Assembly (NCBI RefSeq): GCF_000314995.1
Contig: NZ_BAEO01000027.1
Coordinates: 177,733 to 217,732 of the forward strand
Length of the DNA: 40,000 nt
From: Paraglaciecola arctica BSs20135
Lineage (GTDB): Bacteria; Pseudomonadota; Gammaproteobacteria; Enterobacterales; Alteromonadaceae
Direction: 5' to 3'
Under the pieces are notes generated by a model that saw only the letters and a list, made by a program, of their open reading frames with translations, did no database searches and had not been told where the DNA came from. How positions within the stretch are numbered: the first letter of the stretch is position 1; every line of letters starts with the position of its first letter. The translations under genes were made by a program, and so were the position numbers. Shown here in pieces: positions 25,138-32,819 of the stretch.

Positions 25138-26901
25138 CTAACCACCTTCAAAATATACGACGTTAAACAGCACTTTCCGTGCACCTTCTTTGGTTGTTTT
25201 TAATTTTATAACGCCTAAACCGATAGCGTTTAAGCGGTTAGCCGCGACACCTAGATCCTGTAGTTTTAACTTGACTACGTCAGCACGTTTTTGACTCAAA
25301 ATTTTATTAAAAGATGCAGTGCCGACTGTATCGCTTGCGCCCATAATAATTAAACCTAGTGACAATTCTTGTTGTTCGGCTATTTCAATTAAATTATTAA
25401 ATTGCTCTTTAATGTCTATTAATTTTTCTAAATCCAGTTCAGACAAGTCACTTTTTCCAGGTTCAAATGAAATGGAAACCCGATCTATTTTTGCAATGTT
25501 TAAATCTAAAATAGCCCTAATCAACTCAGGATCATTGGCGGCTGTATTTTCTGTCCCTTCGATAATCAAATCGTCTAACAAAGTTGCCTGAAAATTGAGC
25601 CCCACCAGTTTTGCTAATTCTGCCTGTAAAAGCAATTTGTTTAAATTAGTGGATTTACCCTTAAATTTTGGAGAATTATCAACCCAGTCGATAGTGACAT
25701 TAGAGTAACGTGCAACAACAAGTTCGGTTTTATGTTTTATTAGCGATGGATCAAGGGATAAATAGGCTCTTTCTTTGAGTATCACTCGACTACTATCAAT
25801 CGACTGTTGTTCAAGCCATTCTTGAACTGATAGAGCCGCTGGGTCACGTAATACCTCAAGCTGTATTTGCTCTAGGCCTAAAGTGTCTATATTGGTAAGT
25901 AGAATACCGGGTGCTTTATCAATCGCACTTACTTGGTTCATCAGTTCATGTGACTGCCAACGTTTTACGAGTAAAAAACCGCAACCTATTAGGACCAATA
26001 AAACCACAGTCAACGCCATCCAAGGGCGTTTATCGGTGTTTGATTCAGGTTTTAGTACAGTCATCAGGCAGTCTCTTAACTGATGCTCACTATTATTAAA
26101 TGGTATTGAATCACCATTAAAATTGTCTAGCTCTTTATCGTATAGCTTGTGGATTTCTTCTAATGTCTGTTGCAGTTGATTCGCTACGCCCTGAGGCATA
26201 TTGCCGGTAATCGCCGCCACTACTGACGCTTTAGGGCCTTTTTTTAACAATAAAGTAAAATCATCAGTACGTACCACATCGAGATTCTGCTCAATTTTAC
26301 CCGAATTGGAAGTAAAGGAATCTGATACAAAATCGTTTATGGCCGTAAGCATAGACGAGACCATGTCTGCATCTGCTTTGAGCTCCAAACCCAAGGAAAC
26401 TGAATTTAATAAAAGCCCTGTTTCACGATGAATCAAAAAGACCTGTTCTACTCGAAAAGCAAAAGTTTGGCTAGCCGCGTATTGGGAAAATGTTACCCCA
26501 GATTGCCATGCTTTAAATCGCCATGAGAGGCCTTTAAGAGTTAGACTGTTTTCGATTAGTGTGTTGGTTTTTTCTAATAGTTCAGTAATAAATGCAGTAA
26601 CGTATTTTCTAACTAGGCTACCTATTAACGGATATAAATAACCAACAAACCTTTCACTATTAGCCTCAATTGATTTTTCAACTGATTTTTCAACTAGTGG
26701 TAAAAGTACTTTGTTCACCGAGCCATCTTGTCTTTCTCGGTCGTGTAATGCTTCAGAAAATACTTCTGAGACTAATTCTCGGGCATTGTCTTTTATAGTT
26801 TTGGTTACATGCTGTCCATTGCTACCCAATACCAATTCGCGGATTTGGCGCATTTGTTGGGTATCAGGTTTATTGGGTTGCTGCTCGTTTGAGTGTGCCA
26901 T
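25138..26901 (-). CDS. Bitopic envelope protein: cytoplasmic N-domain with Roadblock/LC7-like segment, one TM helix, periplasmic OmpA/MotB-type peptidoglycan-binding C-domain
   Basis: The 587-aa ORF has a TM helix at residues 293-312 (PWMALTVVLLVLIGCGFLLV, nt 25966-26025). The C-terminal OmpA-like domain spans residues ~472-585 (ISFEPGKSDLS...GASDTVG...NKILSQKRADVV...NRLNAIGLG). The Roadblock-like call for residues 147-253 is based on pattern only. Confidence 0.8.
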   Translation of the reverse strand: MAHSNEQQPNKPDTQQMRQIRELVLGSNGQHVTKTIKDNARELVSEVFSEALHDRERQDGSVNKVLLPLVEKSVEKSIEANSERFVGYLYPLIGSLVRKYVTAFITELLEKTNTLIENSLTLKGLSWRFKAWQSGVTFSQYAASQTFAFRVEQVFLIHRETGLLLNSVSLGLELKADADMVSSMLTAINDFVSDSFTSNSGKIEQNLDVVRTDDFTLLLKKGPKASVVAAITGNMPQGVANQLQQTLEEIHKLYDKELDNFNGDSIPFNNSEHQLRDCLMTVLKPESNTDKRPWMALTVVLLVLIGCGFLLVKRWQSHELMNQVSAIDKAPGILLTNIDTLGLEQIQLEVLRDPAALSVQEWLEQQSIDSSRVILKERAYLSLDPSLIKHKTELVVARYSNVTIDWVDNSPKFKGKSTNLNKLLLQAELAKLVGLNFQATLLDDLIIEGTENTAANDPELIRAILDLNIAKIDRVSISFEPGKSDLSELDLEKLIDIKEQFNNLIEIAEQQELSLGLIIMGASDTVGTASFNKILSQKRADVVKLKLQDLGVAANRLNAIGLGVIKLKTTKEGARKVLFNVVYFEGG

Positions 26902-26909
26902 TTTTCAGG

Positions 26910-27464
26910 CTACTCACCTTCATCTGTTGCAAGATCACTCGCCACTGTGGCCAGTAATTTAGCTAAGGTTTTACGATCCGTTTTAGATGAATTTAGCTCG
27001 CTAGACATTTGTGTGAGTTTTTCCAATGCCTGATTCAGCTGCTCGGTGAATTTCACCGTTAAGGTTTGAATTTCTTTGTCTAAGCGATTGTGTAAATCGT
27101 CATTTTCTTGTTTGCTGTTTGCTTCGGCCATTTCAAGCTCAGATGAAATTTTGTCAGCATAGCTATTTAATTCAGCTGTTTTTGCATCTTGGCCTTGATC
27201 GGCAATCGCAAGCTTATCTTCTAGTTGATTGAGGCCCTCGCGCATAGTGGCTTGTATACTTTGGGTGTTTTTTTCTATTGCTAGCTGCATTTTTTTAAAA
27301 CTGTCATCAGTATGCTGCTCTAACGCACTAATTCGTTCTTCTATATCACTTTTGGCCGCACCAAAAACAAGATGTCTTAAGCTTTCCAGCTCAGTTAAGG
27401 CTACTGATTCTGTAGTCGAAGGGGGTTGATTATTTGTGGTTGGAGCGTTTTTTTTATCAGCCAT
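26910..27464 (-). CDS. Coiled-coil protein (184 aa), first gene of the GTPase operon
   Basis: It has a low-complexity N-terminus followed by continuous heptad-rich helical sequence (IEERISALEQ..., LNQLEDKLAIADQ..., LDKEIQTLTVKFTEQLNQALEKLTQM). It has no TM segment or signal peptide. There is an 8-nt gap to the next gene. Confidence 0.7.
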   Translation of the reverse strand: MADKKNAPTTNNQPPSTTESVALTELESLRHLVFGAAKSDIEERISALEQHTDDSFKKMQLAIEKNTQSIQATMREGLNQLEDKLAIADQGQDAKTAELNSYADKISSELEMAEANSKQENDDLHNRLDKEIQTLTVKFTEQLNQALEKLTQMSSELNSSKTDRKTLAKLLATVASDLATDEGE

Positions 27465-27661
27465 GATGCAAATCCTCTGCTCAAATAATTTTTTTCAAAA
27501 AATGAAAACGATTTATAATGCACCGATTTATATAAAAATTAAACAGTTTACAAGCATTTAGCATGAAAAATGTGGTTAGCTTAGTGAGCTAAACTGACGA
27601 ATATATTGATTTTTACTAACACTAGTCCAAAATAGCGCCTTTGGCGTAACTAATTCCTACA

Positions 27662-27687
27662 TAGTAAATATTCATCCTTATTTACTA
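27662..27687. promoter_or_regulatory. 9-bp perfect inverted repeat just upstream of hemH
   Basis: TAGTAAATA (27662-27670), an 8-nt spacer and TATTTACTA (27679-27687). It ends 25 nt before the hemH ATG. Confidence 0.3.
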
Positions 27688-27712
27688 TCAACAACATCAC
27701 CAAGAGTTTTTC

Positions 27713-28795
27713 ATGAAATATCAAGGTAGTCCTGCTTTTACCCATAAACAAAACGATAAAGTGGGGGTCTTGGTTACAAATTTAGGTACCCCCGATGCGC
27801 CTAAAAAAGCCGAATTAAGACGTTATTTAAAGGAATTTTTATCCGATCCTAGAGTGGTGGAAATACCTAGACTGCTGTGGTGGATGATTTTGAATTTAGT
27901 TATTTTGAATATTCGTCCTAAACGCTCTGCCAAAGCCTATTCTACGGTGTGGACTGAGCGTGGATCACCATTAATGTTTCATACTCAAGATCAAGCCAAT
28001 GCCTTGCGAAATAAATTACAGCAGCAATATGGTGATAATATAGTAGTGGATTTTGCGATGCGTTATGGCTCGCCTTCAGTGGATTCTGTGGTCGATAAAA
28101 TGTTACAGCAAGGTGTACGAAAATTAGTAGTGTTGCCGCTGTACCCACAATACTGTGCTTCAACTACAGCCTCTACTTTTGATGCTATTGCCCAGAGTTT
28201 CAGCAAAAGACGCTGGATCCCTGAACTTCGTTTTGTCACTCATTATCATGACAACCCCGACTATATAAAAGCAGTAGCCACTAAAATTCAAAACCATTGG
28301 GATCAACATGGACGAGCGGATAAATTAGTTTTTAGCTATCATGGTATTCCAAAACGTTACTTATTAAATGGTGACCCTTATCACTGCGAATGCCTTAAAA
28401 CCTCACGTTTAATCTCAGTAGCCTTGGGTCTAAAGGATAGTGAACACTTTACTAGCTTTCAATCACGTTTTGGTCGAGAGGAATGGCTAAAACCTTATAC
28501 TGATGATTCACTTAAGACATTTGCAGGGCAAGGTATTAAATCTGTACAAATCGTTTGCCCAGGATTCTCAGCTGATTGCTTAGAAACGATCGAAGAGATT
28601 GGTGAAGAGAACCGTGACTATTTTCTTGAAGCGGGCGGCGAACGTTATGAATATATTGCCGCACTTAATGCCGATAAAGAGCATATTCAAGCCCTTACTA
28701 ATATACTTGAGTCTCAGCTGCAGGGCTGGATAATAACACCAGAAAACACTGAACTACGAAATGAATTGGCAAAATCTATAGGCGCCGAAAAATAA
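27713..28795 (+). CDS. hemH: Ferrochelatase
   Basis: The 360-aa ORF has typical blocks: VLVTNLGTPDAP, YLKEFLSDPRVVE, VLPLYPQYCASTT, FSYHGIP, and SRFGREEWLKPYT...CPGFSADCLETIEEI. Confidence 0.95.
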   Translation: MKYQGSPAFTHKQNDKVGVLVTNLGTPDAPKKAELRRYLKEFLSDPRVVEIPRLLWWMILNLVILNIRPKRSAKAYSTVWTERGSPLMFHTQDQANALRNKLQQQYGDNIVVDFAMRYGSPSVDSVVDKMLQQGVRKLVVLPLYPQYCASTTASTFDAIAQSFSKRRWIPELRFVTHYHDNPDYIKAVATKIQNHWDQHGRADKLVFSYHGIPKRYLLNGDPYHCECLKTSRLISVALGLKDSEHFTSFQSRFGREEWLKPYTDDSLKTFAGQGIKSVQIVCPGFSADCLETIEEIGEENRDYFLEAGGERYEYIAALNADKEHIQALTNILESQLQGWIITPENTELRNELAKSIGAEK

Positions 28796-28986
28796 AAAAA
28801 GAGTTAAATTACACTGATGACCTAATAAGAACGGTTAGCCTGTGTGTGTTAATATGACTTTTACATTGTGATGTTACTCTCGTCATTGGGAATACAGAAT
28901 TAGTAAAATACTTATCAAATAATATTATAAAAAGCCGTATAGCCCCTTTAATAGGTGGATAAGACGGATGCAGAACAGGAACTTTA

Positions 28987-30261
28987 ATGTCTACACAAAA
29001 CCTCACAGACCAAGCTTTGGTCCACACCCCATTTTTTACTAACGATGCTACAGTTATGGGCATTTTGGCTATTTTACTGGGCTTAGTGTTTTACACTGCC
29101 AATAGTCAGGCTTCTTTTTGGCGCAAATTTTATATGTTTGTGCCCTCAGTATTACTTTGTTATTTCTTGCCATCGTTATTGAATACTTTTGGTTTAATAG
29201 ATGGTGAAAACTCCCAGCTTTATTTTGTGGCCTCGCGTTATCTATTGCCTGCCTGTTTAGTATTATTAACCATTAGTGTCGATCTAAAAGCGATAGCTAA
29301 GTTAGGCAGTAAAGCTGTTATTTTATTTTTTACTGGTACTTTGGGTATTGTGATTGGTGGGCCAATTGCGCTGCTGCTGGTGGCGACATTTTATCCTGAG
29401 TTGTTAGGTGTTGAAGGCCCGGACGCAGTTTGGCGAGGCATGACAACAGTTGCTGGAAGTTGGATTGGCGGTAGTGCCAACCAAGCCGCCATGAAGGAAA
29501 TTTATGGTGCCGGCGATCAGATGTTTTCGGCTATGGTGACGGTTGACATAATAGTGGCGAATCTATGGATGGCGGTGCTGTTAATTATGGCGGCAAATGC
29601 CAAAGCTATTGACGCAAAAACAGGTGCCGATACCTCAGCCATTGATGAACTCAAAGCTAAGGTAAAAAGTTTTCAGGCTGAACATTCACGTATTCCAAGC
29701 CTCACTGACATTATGTTAATTGTGGCAGTAGGACTTGGAGTAACGGGTTTTGCTCATATGTTTGCCGATACTATTACCCCATATTTTGTAGAAAATTATC
29801 CTGGATTAGCTAAGTTTAGCTTTCATAGTAAGTTTTTTTGGATGATTGTTTTTGCCAGTACTGTTGGTGTAGCGCTGTCTTTTACAAAAGTGCGTCAGTT
29901 AGAAGGAGCTGGCGCTTCTAAGATAGGTTCGGCTTTTTTGTATATCTTAATTGCTACCATAGGCATGAAGATGGACGTCACTATGATTGCCGAACAACCC
30001 TTGTTTTTTGTAATTGGTGCAATCTGGATGTTAATCCATGCCTCACTTATGTTGATTGTTGCCAAGTTAATCAAAGCACCGTTATTTTATATGGCGGTAG
30101 GTAGTCAAGCTAACGTGGGCGGTGCAGCTTCGGCACCTGTAGTGGCCTCGGCTTTTCATCCTTCACTGGCTCCAGTTGCGGTTATGTTAGCTGTATTAGG
30201 TTATACGGTTGGCACCTATATGGCTTGGTTCTGTGGGCAAATATTACAAAGCATAAATTGA
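28987..30261 (+). CDS. Polytopic inner-membrane protein (DUF819-like)
   Basis: The 424-aa ORF has about 11-12 hydrophobic segments. The GSWIGGSANQAAM and GSQANVGGAASAPVVA blocks match my recollection of the DUF819 family; this family assignment was not verified by a search. Confidence 0.7.
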   Translation: MSTQNLTDQALVHTPFFTNDATVMGILAILLGLVFYTANSQASFWRKFYMFVPSVLLCYFLPSLLNTFGLIDGENSQLYFVASRYLLPACLVLLTISVDLKAIAKLGSKAVILFFTGTLGIVIGGPIALLLVATFYPELLGVEGPDAVWRGMTTVAGSWIGGSANQAAMKEIYGAGDQMFSAMVTVDIIVANLWMAVLLIMAANAKAIDAKTGADTSAIDELKAKVKSFQAEHSRIPSLTDIMLIVAVGLGVTGFAHMFADTITPYFVENYPGLAKFSFHSKFFWMIVFASTVGVALSFTKVRQLEGAGASKIGSAFLYILIATIGMKMDVTMIAEQPLFFVIGAIWMLIHASLMLIVAKLIKAPLFYMAVGSQANVGGAASAPVVASAFHPSLAPVAVMLAVLGYTVGTYMAWFCGQILQSIN

Positions 30262-30271
30262 GTAATATATT

Positions 30272-30688
30272 ATGAACACGACTCTTCAAGCGCCTAAAGC
30301 TTTACTTAGGGCGCAAAAATTGGCTAATTTAACCGATACCAAATTTCGCATACCTTTGATAGGTATTCCTGTGGGGTTAGACTTTTTAGTAGGACTTATC
30401 CCTGTTGTAGGTGACTTAATAATGGTCGGGGTATCTTTGAGCATTGTGACTATGGCTAAAAGCATGCAGGTACCGCAAGCCTTAAGGATTGCGATGTTGC
30501 GAAATATAGGTATCGATTTTGTGCTTGGATTGATCCCGTTTGTGGGGGATGTAGTGGATTTGTTTTATAAATCTAACCAAAAAAACGTGCGTATTATGGA
30601 AAAATGGTGGGTTAGCCAGAATCATCAGGCAATCCAATCAAAAGGCCAGCAAACACTGCAAGAGTGGAAAAATTCCCAGGACAGCTAA
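30272..30688 (+). CDS. DUF4112-like small membrane protein
   Basis: The 138-aa ORF has a duplicated GLIPxxGD motif (VGLIPVVGDL and LGLIPFVGDV) and a KSNQKN tail motif. It starts 10 nt after the upstream gene. Confidence 0.7.
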   Translation: MNTTLQAPKALLRAQKLANLTDTKFRIPLIGIPVGLDFLVGLIPVVGDLIMVGVSLSIVTMAKSMQVPQALRIAMLRNIGIDFVLGLIPFVGDVVDLFYKSNQKNVRIMEKWWVSQNHQAIQSKGQQTLQEWKNSQDS

Positions 30689-30698
30689 AGTTGTACGC

Positions 30699-31082
30699 TT
30701 ATTCTGGGATACTGTGAGTTTGTAAATCTGCTAATTTGATAATGCTTAAACAGGCTTTGTTAGTCGCTGATAACACTACCTTTGGGGCGCAATTGGCAAT
30801 AAATGCTTCTTGCCAGCGAGCAGCGCACAAGCACCACTTATCTCCCTCTTTTAAGCCAGAAAATTGATATTGAGGCATTGCAGTGGATAAATCATTGCCT
30901 CTGGATAGTGAAAATTCAAGAAAATCTTGTGTGACAATTACGCAAACACTATGATTGCCATGATCATTGGAAGGCACGTAACAAAACCCTTCACGGGTAA
31001 AACCGGAATTTCCGCAACAAAGTTTTAGTGGTTTACCTAATACATTTTTTTCGTTTGCCATAGATATTCTCAGTTCATACAT
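30699..31082 (-). CDS. DUF2237-like protein
   Basis: NVLGKPLKLCC...GFTREGFC...DHGNHSVCV...FLEFSLSRGNDLS...GDKWCLCAARW matches the DUF2237 pattern as I recall it. The start may instead be the Met at 31061. Confidence 0.7.
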   Translation of the reverse strand: MYELRISMANEKNVLGKPLKLCCGNSGFTREGFCYVPSNDHGNHSVCVIVTQDFLEFSLSRGNDLSTAMPQYQFSGLKEGDKWCLCAARWQEAFIANCAPKVVLSATNKACLSIIKLADLQTHSIPE

Positions 31083-31320
31083 CTTAATAAGGATTGTGAC
31101 AGACTATACCAATATAGAGTATTAGTAATGGACTTGATGAAACCAGCAAATTAATTACTTGATGCATTAAAAGCGCAAAAGTATGCTTATCGGCGTTAAT
31201 TAGGAACTATGGGATTTTAAACAAACACCTGTATATCAAGACTTCCAAAATGTTATTGATTAAATTTTTTCACATTGAGTTTTGGCTTTAAGCACGATTC
31301 AATCTCACAGAAGAGCAAAT

Positions 31321-31929
31321 ATGAAAATATATGACACCAAAACAGCCCCCTCGCCAAGACGGGTTCGCATTTTTTTAGCTGAAAAAAATATTCCAATGGA
31401 ATATGTGCAAGTGGATCTACAAAAAGGTGAAAATATATCACCTCAAATGCGCGCTAAAAATCCAGTGGGTAAAATACCTGTTCTTGAACTAGACGATGGT
31501 ACTTGTATTAGTGAAGGTGCATCGATTTGTTTATATTTTGAAGAGTTATATCCAGAAATTAATCTATTGGGTAAAAATCCCCTAGAAAAAGCAACAATAG
31601 ACATGTGGCATCGGCAGGTTGAGCTGTACTTTTTTGGTCAGGTAGGTATGTGTTTTCAACATACAACTGGTTATTTTAAAGATCGTATGACACCGGTTAA
31701 AGAATACGGTGAAGTGGCGGGTAAAAACGCACTTGGCTTTCTTAAAGTGTTAGAAAGCCGTTTAGCAGAGTCAGAGTATATCGCCGCTGATCGCTTCACT
31801 ATAGCCGACATTACAGCTATGTGTGCAGTCGATTTTGCTCGAGTCGTCAATATTAAAATCACTGATGAGCAGACTAATCTGCAACGTTGGTATGCTGCTG
31901 TGAGTAGTCGCCCAAGTGCAAAGGCTTAA
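31321..31929 (+). CDS. Glutathione S-transferase
   Basis: It has an N-terminal thioredoxin-like GST fold (MKIYDTKTAPSPRRVRIFLAEKNI...NPVGKIPVLELDDG..ISEGASI) and a C-terminal alpha domain. I prefer the ATG at 31321 over the ORF-track start at 31282. Confidence 0.85.
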   Translation: MKIYDTKTAPSPRRVRIFLAEKNIPMEYVQVDLQKGENISPQMRAKNPVGKIPVLELDDGTCISEGASICLYFEELYPEINLLGKNPLEKATIDMWHRQVELYFFGQVGMCFQHTTGYFKDRMTPVKEYGEVAGKNALGFLKVLESRLAESEYIAADRFTIADITAMCAVDFARVVNIKITDEQTNLQRWYAAVSSRPSAKA

Positions 31930-32819
31930 TCTCGCCATCTTTTTGTGATGTCATCATAAGCATCGATTCTTCGGTCTCTAAAATACGGCCAGATACGTTT
32001 GATTTGTTCTGTGCGGCTAAGATCGATGTCGACAACTAAGTTTTCTTCTTTATCACTACTAGCTTGGGCGAGTATTTCGCCTTGTGGTCCAGCAATAAAA
32101 CTTTGCCCCCAAAACTGAATGCCTGCATCACCTGCTACTGGTGATGCCTCAAAACCTGTGCGGTTTGCGACTACCACTGGTAATGAATTAGCCACCGCAT
32201 GCGAGCGTTGTATGGTTTGCCATGCATCATGCTGGCGTGTTTGTTCTTCTGCAGTGTCGTTTTTGTCCCAGCCAATTGCAGTGGGATAAAACAACATTTC
32301 TGCACCTGCCATCGCCATCAACCTTGCTGCTTCTGGATACCATTGATCCCAGCATACCAACACCCCAAGTTTACCTACGCTGGTTTGAATCGGTTCAAAA
32401 CCTAGATCACCAGGCGTAAAATAAAACTTTTCGTAAAAACCTGGGTCATCGGGAATATGCATTTTACGATATTTGCCGACTAAACCTTGTTGGCGGTCAA
32501 ACACTACTGCAGTATTGTGATACAAACCCGAGCCACGTTTTTCAAATAATGAGGTGATAAGGACTATGTCTAATTTGGCGGCAAGAGCAGCAAAATAATC
32601 AGTGGCTGCACCAGGTATAGGTTCTGCCAAGTCGAAATAATCAGTGTTTTCTTGCTGGCAAAAATACAAGGTACTGTGCAACTCCTGTAGCATCACTAGC
32701 TCGCAACCCTGCGAAGCTAAAACGCTGACTTGTTCGGCACTGCGCGCCCAGTTCACATCTTTATCATTACTGGCAACGGCTTGTTGTACCACGCCGACTT
32801 TTAAACTACTTTTCTTCAT
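31926..32819 (-). CDS. aguB: N-carbamoylputrescine amidase (C-N hydrolase family)
   Basis: The diagnostic blocks are YRKMHIPDDPGFYEKFYFTPGDLGF, VCWDQWYPEAARLMA, YPTAIGW and WPYFRDRRIDAYD. I prefer the start MKKSSLKVGVVQQ at 32819, which gives a 14-nt overlap with aguA. The ORF-track start at 32909 would run 104 nt into aguA. Confidence 0.92.
   Translation of the reverse strand: MKKSSLKVGVVQQAVASNDKDVNWARSAEQVSVLASQGCELVMLQELHSTLYFCQQENTDYFDLAEPIPGAATDYFAALAAKLDIVLITSLFEKRGSGLYHNTAVVFDRQQGLVGKYRKMHIPDDPGFYEKFYFTPGDLGFEPIQTSVGKLGVLVCWDQWYPEAARLMAMAGAEMLFYPTAIGWDKNDTAEEQTRQHDAWQTIQRSHAVANSLPVVVANRTGFEASPVAGDAGIQFWGQSFIAGPQGEILAQASSDKEENLVVDIDLSRTEQIKRIWPYFRDRRIDAYDDITKRWRD

Noticed and set aside
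24588-27429. Antisense ORFs inside the GTPase operon (24588..24875, 24882..25091, 25319..25591, 25883..26099, 26201..26431, 26711..26962, 27229..27429).
   Set aside because: I checked whether the operon hides an opposite-strand gene such as a toxin or antitoxin. All of these are shadows of the well-supported minus-strand genes and have no recognisable features.
22410-27464. Interpreting the GTPase/OmpA/GGDEF-EAL cluster as an anti-phage defence system.
   Set aside because: I could recognise no nuclease, helicase, ATPase, methylase, TIR/SIR2, protease or reverse-transcriptase domain. There are no flanking mobile-element genes. The content fits signalling and envelope organisation better, so I did not make the defence claim.
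28809-29063. An 84-aa minus-strand ORF spanning the hemH/DUF819 intergenic region.
   Set aside because: It overlaps the well-supported start of the DUF819-like membrane protein gene. It has no SD and an implausible composition.
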